18,583 bases of DNA from Polyangiaceae bacterium (lineage in GTDB: Bacteria; Myxococcota_A; Polyangia; Polyangiales; Polyangiaceae). Position numbers and translations under genes: made by a program. This document shows positions 8,110 through 16,140 of the stretch, piece after piece (position 1 is the first letter of the stretch; each line of letters begins with the position of its first letter). The notes beneath the pieces were generated by a model. The model did no database searches, had not been told where the DNA came from, and saw only the letters and a list, made by a program, of their open reading frames with translations. The stretch spans positions 1 to 18,583 of the forward strand of contig JANRKO010000056.1 of the NCBI GenBank assembly GCA_033763455.1, in the 5' to 3' direction.

Positions 8110-9489
8110 GTGTTTAGAGCCAGATCTTTAGATCTCGACCGTTGGGCCGATGCCGGGCCGCGCAAGCCGCTGGTAGTGCGTGGCGCGCGCCAAGTTGGCA
8201 AGTCTTGGCTGGTGCTGCACTGGGGAAAGGCGCGCTTTGGGCGTGTGGTTGAAGCCAACGTGGAGCGACACTCAGGGATTGCAGGATGCTTCACACACGA
8301 CGACCCCCGCGAAGTCCTTTTGCGATTGGAAGTCCTTTTGGGCCAGCCCATTCCGGTGGACGGGTCAACGTTGCTGTTCCTCGACGAGATCCAAGCTGCC
8401 CCCGAGATCCTCGCAAAGCTCCGTTGGTTCGCCGAGGAGCTCCCGCAGCTGCCACTGATCGCCGCCGGTTCCCTGCTTGACTTTGCACTAGCTGACCACA
8501 GCTTCTCGATGCCGGTTGGGCGCATCAGCTATTTGCACCTTGAGCCCATGGGCTTTTGCGAATTCGCGCTCGCGCTGGGTGAAGAGCGTTTAGTCGCCTG
8601 GTTGCGCGAGCAGGTGACTCTGGATCGCATCGCTAGCGGCGACGCCATGCCGAACGCATTGCACCAGCGAGCTCAACAGATCTTTCGCATGTGGATCTTG
8701 GTTGGCGGCATGCCAGCTGCCGTTGAAGCCTATCGCCTCGGTCGTTCGCTTTTGCCGGTGGCTGATGTGCATCGCGACCTCTTAGCCACGATCCGAGACG
8801 ATTTTTCAAAGTACGCTAACAGGGTCCAGCATCGGCTGCTAACTTCCGTGTTGGCCGCTGTTCCGGCGCAATTGGGGCAGAAATTCAAGTGGTCGAAGGT
8901 TGAGCGCGAAGCGCGAGCGGCCAGTTTACGCCAGGCACTCGAGCTTTTGGTGCTGGCCCGCGTCTGCCACCGTGTAACGGCAACATCAGGCCATGGGCTA
9001 CCGCTGGGTGCCGGCGCGGACATTCGCAATTTCAAAGCCATTTACTTAGATGTGGGCCTGGCGTCGGCCAGCTTGCACCTGAGCCTTTCCGAGCTTGAGC
9101 ACGCTTCGGATCTTACGCTCGTAAATTCGGGTGCGATAGCAGAGCAAGCGGTAGGTCAACTTCTGCGCCTCAACGTAGACGCCCACGAAGAGCCCGCTCT
9201 TTGGTACTGGTTACGAGACCACCCCAACTCATCGGCGGAGATCGACTACCTCACCACCGCCCGGGCCAAGGTGATCCCCGTGGAGGTCAAGGCTGGCGCG
9301 GGAGGCGCCTTACGAAGCCTCCATTTGTTCATGGCCGAACGGGGATCGCTCTTGGCCGTGCGCTTCAACAGTGCGGCTCCCGTGATCCAGGAAGTCAACG
9401 CGCTCACTTCAGACAAGCGGCAAGCCAAATACAAGTTACTTTCGCTACCGATGTACCTAGTGGAGGAGCTGCCGCGGCTCTTGGCGTAG
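8110..9489 (+). CDS. AAA_14 ATPase with DUF4143 and C-terminal PD-(D/E)xK-like domain
   Basis: RKPLVVRGARQVGKS (Walker A), LFLDEIQ (Walker B), AAGSLL, GGMP and EIDY...IPVEVK. GTG 8110 is the preferred start by family length; ATG 8086 is the alternative. Confidence 0.92.
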   Translation: MFRARSLDLDRWADAGPRKPLVVRGARQVGKSWLVLHWGKARFGRVVEANVERHSGIAGCFTHDDPREVLLRLEVLLGQPIPVDGSTLLFLDEIQAAPEILAKLRWFAEELPQLPLIAAGSLLDFALADHSFSMPVGRISYLHLEPMGFCEFALALGEERLVAWLREQVTLDRIASGDAMPNALHQRAQQIFRMWILVGGMPAAVEAYRLGRSLLPVADVHRDLLATIRDDFSKYANRVQHRLLTSVLAAVPAQLGQKFKWSKVEREARAASLRQALELLVLARVCHRVTATSGHGLPLGAGADIRNFKAIYLDVGLASASLHLSLSELEHASDLTLVNSGAIAEQAVGQLLRLNVDAHEEPALWYWLRDHPNSSAEIDYLTTARAKVIPVEVKAGAGGALRSLHLFMAERGSLLAVRFNSAAPVIQEVNALTSDKRQAKYKLLSLPMYLVEELPRLLA

Positions 9490-9509
9490 AGCGTTGGGTC
9501 AGCCAACGA

Positions 9510-9761
9510 GGCTTCTGGCGGGTATCGTTAGCTTCGGGTTTGGGGATTTGCCGCAGCTTCTCACACCGTGCAGTGGAGGCACGACGGCTAATCCCGCGAC
9601 AGCCATTAGAGACACCGTTAGCCTTCAGAGCTGGGATGCACGTCGCTCAACGTGAGAAACGAGCCCGCCCCATTCGTAGGACTCAAGAGGAGCTGGAGGA
9701 AGGTCGGCGTCGCCCGTGCTGCTGGCCTGGGTGCAAACACCGTGCGCACTCGGTGTTATGA
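9510..9761 (+). pseudogene. Decayed small YdeI/OmdA-family gene
   Basis: The C-terminus IRRTQEELEEGRRRPCCWPGCKHR (stop 9759-9761) matches the small OmdA proteins as I recall them. Upstream pieces SGG, DLPQLL, TANPA and TPLA lie in shifting frames. The 5' boundary is approximate. Confidence 0.7.
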
Positions 9762-9973
9762 ATCGAGCCATGAAGACCGTGGGCTCATGAACCCGAGACC
9801 CTGAAGAAAGATTGCGAGCTAACTTGCCGCCTACCGTCAGCCAGAGCTGACCCACAGGTGAGGGCGTCAAGATTGTGAAGATTGAGGGGGTCATAGCCGA
9901 GCGGAGTACAGTGTGTTAGAGCTCCCCGCCGCGATCCGGGGACGTCTGGATCTGTAGCTAGGAGTTGATAATT

Positions 9974-10816
9974 ATGTTGCTTTTAAGGGACTGGGGCGTA
10001 TCGACGTCAAGCTCGCTCTTGGCGATCCTGGGCGCGGTGGTAGTGGTGAACTGCGGTGGCACCACCGTCACACCGAATGGATGTAGCACGCAGTCTATAG
10101 CCGAAGCACCGCTCACCCTTGGCGCTCCGGGAGCCATTCGACGCGATTATTGGCTCGGGCTAGAGCCGAATCCTGCGGAGTCGTCCTTCGTAAATTCCTT
10201 TCGAGATGTGATTTCGCTCACAACTTCACCCACTGGCACTGACAAGCTAACGTCTCTACAGACTCACGGGTTCAATCCAGGCGAAGAAGGCAAGACCAGC
10301 GACTACGCCAGCAACTTCGGTGAACGCATGCGGGGATTCATTAAGCCCCCAGTGACGGGCTCCTACCAATTCCTGGTGTCAGGGGACAACCAGGTCCAGT
10401 TTTTCCTCAGCACAAACGATCAATACGCTTCTATCGCCACTGCGATCCAGGGCTGTGGGAGCGCCGTGCTCGGTAGCAACTGTGTCACGTCAACCGCAGA
10501 AAATCTCAACTTCACGCTTCCCACGAGCTTTTCAGAACCGCGACAAATATCGGTACCCATTCAGCTGGAAGCCGGCAGGTTTTACCTTTTTGAGTGGTAC
10601 CACCGGGAAGGGCAAGCCAACACACACGCGCTTGTTAAGTGGGCCAAGCCCGGCGAGTCCGTTGGGGATCCTTCCGCGCTCGAAATCGTACCGGCATCGG
10701 CTCTCTACTACCCGGAATATGCTGTCCCGTCTGGATCGGGAGGCGGGGGAGGGGATACGTCGGTGTCACCGAGCGCTTCGGGTGGGGCTGGCGTGGCGCC
10801 TTCCGGTTGCCCCTAG
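9974..10816 (+). CDS. PA14-domain (carbohydrate-binding) putative lipoprotein
   Basis: AGGAG RBS at 9960-9964 and a hydrophobic signal ending VVNC. PA14 motifs NFGERMRGFIKPPVTGSYQF and IQLEAGRFYLFEWYHREG...VKW...EIVPASALY. Confidence 0.85.
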   Translation: MLLLRDWGVSTSSSLLAILGAVVVVNCGGTTVTPNGCSTQSIAEAPLTLGAPGAIRRDYWLGLEPNPAESSFVNSFRDVISLTTSPTGTDKLTSLQTHGFNPGEEGKTSDYASNFGERMRGFIKPPVTGSYQFLVSGDNQVQFFLSTNDQYASIATAIQGCGSAVLGSNCVTSTAENLNFTLPTSFSEPRQISVPIQLEAGRFYLFEWYHREGQANTHALVKWAKPGESVGDPSALEIVPASALYYPEYAVPSGSGGGGGDTSVSPSASGGAGVAPSGCP

Positions 10817-10980
10817 CAAAAATTTTCCTGCTCCCGAAACCAGACCCGAAGTTGACCAGGCGGAGGAGCTGGCGGTCCTCGTGGAGGAGGCCGTGGCATG
10901 AGGCCATGCGCTGCCATGTGGCGTTGGATGTCATCGGTAGTCGTAACAGTAGGGTGTCCGGGTTAGCCAGTGGCCGCCAG

Positions 10981-11030
10981 CTGATGGGGCGTCGTGCCTG
11001 CGCCGGGAACTGCGGAAAGGTGCGGCCTAC
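10981..11030 (+). repeat. 50-bp dispersed intergenic repeat, copy 1
   Basis: CTGATGGGGCGTCGTGCCTGCGCCGGGAACTGCGGAAAGGTGCGGCCTAC. It is 42/50 identical, without gaps, to the reverse complement of 15535-15584. Confidence 0.85.
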
Positions 11031-11096
11031 ACACCAAAAAAAGCAGCAACCCTCACACTGGCGAGCCCCGCAGTCCGGTCAAGCCTCGCAATACGA

Positions 11097-12323
11097 TCAA
11101 AAAAGCCAACCGAACGAAAGCTCGCCGTAAGGCTCGAGATCGTCCAGCTTATTGGTTTCTCGGTTCAGCTCACTCTGGAGCTGGGGCCCGTTGGCAAAAC
11201 CTGCGGGGACGTCTAGCTCCGAATCCCCAAGCCGAGTGAGGTGAGCGAGCGCTCCAACGGTGAACGCAAAGCGGGGACCTGCCAGGAAGGTGTTCGGTCG
11301 AAACCCGTATCCAAGCCCCAGGTGTCCGATCATGGGCGCTGTGTTGCGCTTAATCTCACCCGTTAAACCGGCAGGATCCGCAATATCTCCACTAATGCGG
11401 TAGTGGGTGAAGCCGAGCCCGAGATCACCAATCAGCGAATGGCGATTCATGAACCAGAAGCGCCCACGCAAGGGCACCGTAAAAGAAACGTAGCTCGCGT
11501 CGATCTTGCTCGGGGCCGGCGCACTTGCATCAATACTGCGACCGCCGATCCCCACGCCAAGGCTCAATTCTAGCCAGCAAATGCCCGGTTGCGTGGCCCC
11601 TGCCAACATGCCCCAGGAGTTCGGCCCGAGCGCATTGGCGTGCCCACCCCAAAGCCAAGGGCACTCTCGCTGCGGCTGAGAGACGGGCTCCGACACGGCA
11701 ATTACGGCCTTGGCAGGCTCGGGCTGCTCCACGGGAATCGACTCAGCCCCCGCCGTAACACTGAAAACTACCCGCCGGTTTTGGGCCCAGGCTGCCTCGC
11801 AAGGACTGATATCCGCTGGTACCTTGTCGTTGCATTCTTCGGGCTCGGGGACCTTGGGCGAGTCTTCCCCTTTGCCAACGGAAGCGACACGATCTTCGGC
11901 AATCCCATTGTCGATGAGCCATTTTCGGACACTCGCGGCTCGCTTGTCCGAAAGGTCGCGGTTGTAGTCGTCAGTGCCCCGGGAATCGGTGTGGCCTTCG
12001 ATTTCTATTTTTAGATCGGGTGTGCGTTCAAGGAACGCCTTGAAATCAGAGAGGGTTTTTTTCGTGGCGTCATCGGTCTGCAAATTAGCGCGATTGTATT
12101 CGAAGTTGATCACACCGCTGTAATCGAGCTGGCCTGCTCGGAAGGTGATCGCGGGCTTGTCGTTTGCAGGGTCCGAAGGGCCTTCAACCGCCCGTACCTC
12201 GGCCGAGGCTTCACCGCTGGCCCCCGCCGACTTCACGGCACCCGAAGCGCTAGCGTTGAATTGGCAACCTTGGGCCAGCCCGGCTAGGCCCGCAACGGAA
12301 AAAACTGTGGTGAATCGAATCAT
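11097..12323 (-). CDS. OmpA-family protein: lipoprotein signal, OmpA_C domain, then putative C-terminal beta-barrel
   Basis: Lipobox LAQGC. INFEYNRANL, IEGHTDSRGTDDYNRDLSDKRA, GKGE and NRRV motifs. The C-terminal part has alternating amphipathic strands ending in YGELSFGWLF. Confidence 0.88.
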   Translation of the reverse strand: MIRFTTVFSVAGLAGLAQGCQFNASASGAVKSAGASGEASAEVRAVEGPSDPANDKPAITFRAGQLDYSGVINFEYNRANLQTDDATKKTLSDFKAFLERTPDLKIEIEGHTDSRGTDDYNRDLSDKRAASVRKWLIDNGIAEDRVASVGKGEDSPKVPEPEECNDKVPADISPCEAAWAQNRRVVFSVTAGAESIPVEQPEPAKAVIAVSEPVSQPQRECPWLWGGHANALGPNSWGMLAGATQPGICWLELSLGVGIGGRSIDASAPAPSKIDASYVSFTVPLRGRFWFMNRHSLIGDLGLGFTHYRISGDIADPAGLTGEIKRNTAPMIGHLGLGYGFRPNTFLAGPRFAFTVGALAHLTRLGDSELDVPAGFANGPQLQSELNRETNKLDDLEPYGELSFGWLF

Positions 12324-12489
12324 AGCGCTGGCCTCGGAGCTGATGCTGCGAGACTCCTACTACGAGAGTCACCCAGGGCAAACTTCCCTCCCGAATGACG
12401 TTGAGGACAATCGACGGCGGTGCCGTTCCCCTGAATGAAACTCCAGCAGCTCGCGTCTATCAGTGCCTAATTTGTGATACTGGACTCCT

Positions 12490-14001
12490 ATGCGCCTTTT
12501 GAACCTGATCCGCCTGACTCCCCCCGCTCTTTTGGCAGCGCTTCCGGTTACGAGCTCCGCTCTGGCGGCTCCAGCTCGGTACACCGTGGTTGAGCTCGGC
12601 ACGCTGGGTGGCCGTGCTTCCTACGCACGTGCGATCGACAACAACGGGCGTATTGTGGGCTGGGCATCGGACAGCTTTGGGCGCACGCGTGCTTTCAAGA
12701 CCGATAGAATTCGGCCGCTCTTACCGACGGACGAACTCGGCATGCCTCCCGCGGACGGCCTCCCTGGAGCGCCAGAAGGAGCGGTGGCGATGGGCATTGC
12801 TGATAATGGCACCGTCGCAGGTTTTACGCGTGATAGCCGCGGTGGCGATTGGCCGTGGCTCTGGATGCCAGATGGGCGTATCGTTTCTGGAGCAACAGGT
12901 TCCGGCTCGTTCCTAAGGATGACGCCCGCGGGCGACGCCGTAGGTCATGTTTATCGCTGGTCGAGCACGGCGGGCACCATGGTGAAGGCTCCGTACGTGC
13001 GCCGGGCCGATGGCTCTTCGAGCACGCTCTCCACCTATGATGGTGATTCTCTGGTTGTGGATGCGGCATCGAGCCGCCTCATGATCGGCACTTTCAAGAT
13101 ATCGGCTAGCGCCGAGGGGCATGCGTTTGTCTGGCGTGGAGCCGCTACCGCAGTGGATCTGGGCTTGTTTGGTGGTCCAGGGCCCAAGCGAGGAACCGCT
13201 ATCGCTTCAACGGGGCGCTGGGCAGGGTCGACCGGCAACAGCTACGAAGGTCTTGCCTTCACCGCCGCAAGCTCCGAGGCAACCCCGGTTGAACTGCCGC
13301 ATCCGGGTAAGGTCCGTTCTGAAGTGCGAGCGGTGGATGCCTTCGATCGGTTGGTCGGGTGGGCGGCCACTGGTGCACGCGGGTCGGGTGGGGCTCCCCA
13401 GGCTTACTACTGGCACGTCGGAGCCACGGACATCGAGGTAGTTGACTTGCAGACGCGTGTGCCAGGCTGGGCTGGGTACCTCATGGAAGCTTCCGGGATT
13501 AACGCCGAGGGAGCCATTCTCGTGGACGCGCTCATCGGTCGAGACAACCGAGCTGTGGTGCTCGTTCCGGTCAAATTGGCCATTTCTGTGCCGGAAAGGG
13601 TGCATACCGGCAGTGTTTCGGAATTCACCATTTCTGGCTGCGAGCCCGGCGCCCAAGTGCAGATCTACAGCAGCAGGAGCGCACCTGTTCCCGGGCGCGG
13701 CAGAGGATATCGCGCAATGGGCATTCGCTGGGACATCGCCGGACCTCAAATTTTGGGGCCGAGCGCAGTAGCTGATGCCTCCGGAGTTGCGCGTGTGCGA
13801 GTTAACGTTACAGCCCCCGCAGGCCAGCCCCTCTACCTACAGGCGATTCACCGCGGCAACAAGTCTGAAGTCGTGACCCTCACGCCCACTCCAGCTCCCC
13901 GTGTGGTACCGGGTGTAACGCTGCCTCCGGGATCGACCGGTCCGCAGCTACCGGGTGGGAAAGGCTTGGTGCCTGTGGTTCCGTTGGATCTGAAGCAGTA
14001 G
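12490..14001 (+). CDS. Secreted HAF-repeat (beta-propeller-like) protein with C-terminal beta-sandwich-like domain
   Basis: Signal peptide ending ALA. YTVVELGTLGG...ARAIDNNGRIVG...RAF, AMGIADNGTVAG, GHAFVW...VDLG and ASGINAEGAI repeats. Pro-rich tail. Confidence 0.8.
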   Translation: MRLLNLIRLTPPALLAALPVTSSALAAPARYTVVELGTLGGRASYARAIDNNGRIVGWASDSFGRTRAFKTDRIRPLLPTDELGMPPADGLPGAPEGAVAMGIADNGTVAGFTRDSRGGDWPWLWMPDGRIVSGATGSGSFLRMTPAGDAVGHVYRWSSTAGTMVKAPYVRRADGSSSTLSTYDGDSLVVDAASSRLMIGTFKISASAEGHAFVWRGAATAVDLGLFGGPGPKRGTAIASTGRWAGSTGNSYEGLAFTAASSEATPVELPHPGKVRSEVRAVDAFDRLVGWAATGARGSGGAPQAYYWHVGATDIEVVDLQTRVPGWAGYLMEASGINAEGAILVDALIGRDNRAVVLVPVKLAISVPERVHTGSVSEFTISGCEPGAQVQIYSSRSAPVPGRGRGYRAMGIRWDIAGPQILGPSAVADASGVARVRVNVTAPAGQPLYLQAIHRGNKSEVVTLTPTPAPRVVPGVTLPPGSTGPQLPGGKGLVPVVPLDLKQ

Positions 14002-14083
14002 AATTCACCGCGGTACGTCTTCTTAGCGTGCAGTTTCCCCGTGGGTGCTGGTTCTGTGCGGTGAATTCGCTATAAGAATCACC

Positions 14084-15499
14084 ATGCAAGCGGGTGTTCG
14101 AATTCTCGCTAATCGCTATGAGGTAGGGACGGTCGTGGGTCGAGGCACTTACGGGATGGTGTGCCGTGGCGTAGATCGAAGAACGGGCCAGCCCGTGGCG
14201 CTCAAGATGATGGCGCCCACCGCGGGGGAAGATCCGACGCTGGTTGAACGCATGCTCCGCGAACAGCAGGCCTTGGTGGCGCTTTCAGGGACTTGTGCCG
14301 TGACAGCAATCGATATGTGTCGCACCGCAGACGGCGGGCCGTGTCTGGTGATGGAGTGGCTAGAGGGGCGTGATCTTGAGAGCCAACTTCAAGAATGGGA
14401 GGGCGCTGGCGTTCAGCCGGGATATGAGCCGCTGCTAGAAATCTTGCGCCCGCTCGTGCAGACGCTCTACCGGGCTCACGAGATTGGCCTGGTGCATCGG
14501 GATATCAAGCCGGCGAACATCTTTCTAACCTCCGGAGAGCGCGCCGGTGTGCGGCTGCTCGATTTTGGCCTTTCGCGCATGAAATCCTCAGCCCCAATCA
14601 CCGAGCTTGGAATGGTGATGGGCTCACCCAGCTATATCGCCCCTGAAACCTGGGGTGGCAATTCGGCTCTGGTCGATCATCGAGCAGATCTCTATTCTCT
14701 AGCTGTCATTGTGTTCCGTTGGTTTGCCGGAAAGCCACCCTTCGATACGCCAAACCTCCTCAACAAGATGCTCCTCGTAACCACTTCTGAACGCCCGAGC
14801 CTCCGTGCGCTCCGCCAGGATCTCCCGGAAGCAATGGACCCGTGGATACAACGGGCGCTGGCTATTTCTCCGGATCAAAGATTCCAGTCATCGCACGAGC
14901 TTTACTCAGCGCTCGCTGAAGTCCTTAAGCCGGGTAGCCCCACTCTTGGAGTTCAATCGGAAATCACCGATGGGGGCGCGCGGGCAGCCACCGCTCCGAG
15001 CGAACGCCCCGGAATTTTGGCCACCGCGTGGAGCGCCGCCACTTCTCTACTCCGTCGCTTCACCGCTCCAAGCGATTCCCAACCCACTCACGCGCCACCC
15101 GCGGCACCCACGCCGCCCACGTCGCCCACGCCACCCACGGAAGAATCTTCTGGGGTCTGGCTAGACGCGGCGGATCTGGAGGAAAGCGCGCCGACGCCGC
15201 TTGAGCAACCTGCTGAGTTGGAGTCGCCCCCTGCCATCGTGAACGCAGGCCAGAAGAAGCGCACTCGCTCGAAATCAACGAAGCCATCGAGCGCAGGAAC
15301 CTCAACGAAGTCAGCAAAGTCAGCGAGGGGAAAGGTGAGTAAGGCGCAGGCCACGAAGGCAAAGGCAGCGAAGCCAGCAAAGGGGGCGAAGGCGGCGAAG
15401 GCTCAGGCTACGAAGGCAATAAAGCCGACGAGAACAAAGGCAACGAAGGCGCAGGCGACGAAGGCAAAGTCATCGACGCCAACGCGGAGCAAAACTTAG
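14084..15499 (+). CDS. Hanks-type Ser/Thr protein kinase with Pro-rich linker and Lys/Ala-rich tail
   Basis: GRGTYGMV, VALK, HRDIKPANIF, DFG, GSPSYIAPE and DLYSL motifs. No transmembrane segment is visible. Start set at ATG 14084. Confidence 0.95.
   Translation: MQAGVRILANRYEVGTVVGRGTYGMVCRGVDRRTGQPVALKMMAPTAGEDPTLVERMLREQQALVALSGTCAVTAIDMCRTADGGPCLVMEWLEGRDLESQLQEWEGAGVQPGYEPLLEILRPLVQTLYRAHEIGLVHRDIKPANIFLTSGERAGVRLLDFGLSRMKSSAPITELGMVMGSPSYIAPETWGGNSALVDHRADLYSLAVIVFRWFAGKPPFDTPNLLNKMLLVTTSERPSLRALRQDLPEAMDPWIQRALAISPDQRFQSSHELYSALAEVLKPGSPTLGVQSEITDGGARAATAPSERPGILATAWSAATSLLRRFTAPSDSQPTHAPPAAPTPPTSPTPPTEESSGVWLDAADLEESAPTPLEQPAELESPPAIVNAGQKKRTRSKSTKPSSAGTSTKSAKSARGKVSKAQATKAKAAKPAKGAKAAKAQATKAIKPTRTKATKAQATKAKSSTPTRSKT
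15341..15470 (+). repeat. Three intragenic KAQATKA repeats
   Basis: AAGGC(G/T)CAGGC(C/T/G)ACGAAGGCAA at 15341, 15398 and 15446. Confidence 0.85.
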
Positions 15500-15534
15500 C
15501 AAGTTGCTGAGCGACTTGGTCATGGATGGGAATC

Positions 15535-15584
15535 GTGGGCCGCACCTTTCCGCAGAGCACGACGGGGGCACGACGCCCAATCAG
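15535..15584 (-). repeat. 50-bp dispersed intergenic repeat, copy 2 (inverted relative to copy 1)
   Basis: Minus strand reads CTGATTGGGCGTCGTGCCCCCGTCGTGCTCTGCGGAAAGGTGCGGCCCAC. Confidence 0.85.
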
Positions 15585-15613
15585 GTGGTCGCTTGTCCGA
15601 GCTTGAGCTTCAT
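15581..15613 (-). pseudogene. 5' stub of a DUF5615 PIN-like toxin
   Basis: ATGA overlap with the DUF433 stop, reading MKLKLGQATT*. DUF5615 partners typically begin MK(L/F)xLDEN. Confidence 0.6.
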
Positions 15614-15861
15614 GCCACGTTGATTTCGCGGGGCAGCGGCAGGGGTGCTGGTAAGTCTTCACCTGTAGCAGCGGCTGCGAACGCGATCACTGCCCGTAGA
15701 TCTTCCTCGGTGAGCGAGGGAAAATCGCGCAGGATGGTGTCGAGCCGTTCACCACGCGCAAGGTGCCCGAGGATGACGCGGACCAGAACTCGCGTTCCAC
15801 GGATGACGGGTTGTCCCGCGCAGATGGTCGGGTCGCGGACGATTCGGGAGTGATGGCTCAT
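15610..15861 (-). CDS. DUF433-family antitoxin
   Basis: RIVRDPTICAGQPVIRGTRV...ILRDFPSLTEEDLRAVIAFAA. AAGGA precedes ATG 15861. Confidence 0.92.
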   Translation of the reverse strand: MSHHSRIVRDPTICAGQPVIRGTRVLVRVILGHLARGERLDTILRDFPSLTEEDLRAVIAFAAAATGEDLPAPLPLPREINVA

Positions 15862-16140
15862 GCTCGTGTTCCTTGTGCGTTCGTAAGGCCGGCGTGCTTG
15901 GTTGGGGGAAAGCGCTGAGTAATAGTGGCCCACGTTGGCTTTGGGGGTCCATATCGTCCGCTGGCTCAGTTATCGGTGGCTTTCTCCTTCGTCCACAGGC
16001 TCGCCGAAGAGTTCCGCTTGGTCGTCGGCTTTGGCGGCTTTCCGCTCTCGGCGCTTCATCTCAGGTGCGCAGCTGAGTTGGCGCTCGAGGGGGCTTGTGG
16101 GTGACCCACTTGGGCTCTTGTTCTCAGAGGAGCTAGGCGC

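Noticed and set aside
9817..9921. attC-like pair AGCTAAC...GTTAGAG
   Set aside because: The boxes do not fit RYYYAAC/GTTRRRY, are not fully complementary, and have no supporting inner stem.
10820..10905. Possible antitoxin tail (EELAVLVEEAVA*) with ATGA overlap upstream of repeat copy 1
   Set aside because: The resemblance to DUF433 C-termini is too weak, and the following frame shows no toxin motif.
10981..11030. Hammerhead ribozyme reading of the 50-bp repeat (CTGAT...GAAA)
   Set aside because: The core should be CUGANGA, but the copies read CTGATGG and CTGATTG. Stems I-III cannot be formed consistently in both copies.
15341..15470. CRISPR-like short repeats
   Set aside because: They are in-frame coding repeats with synonymous variation and low-complexity spacers. 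No cas genes are present.
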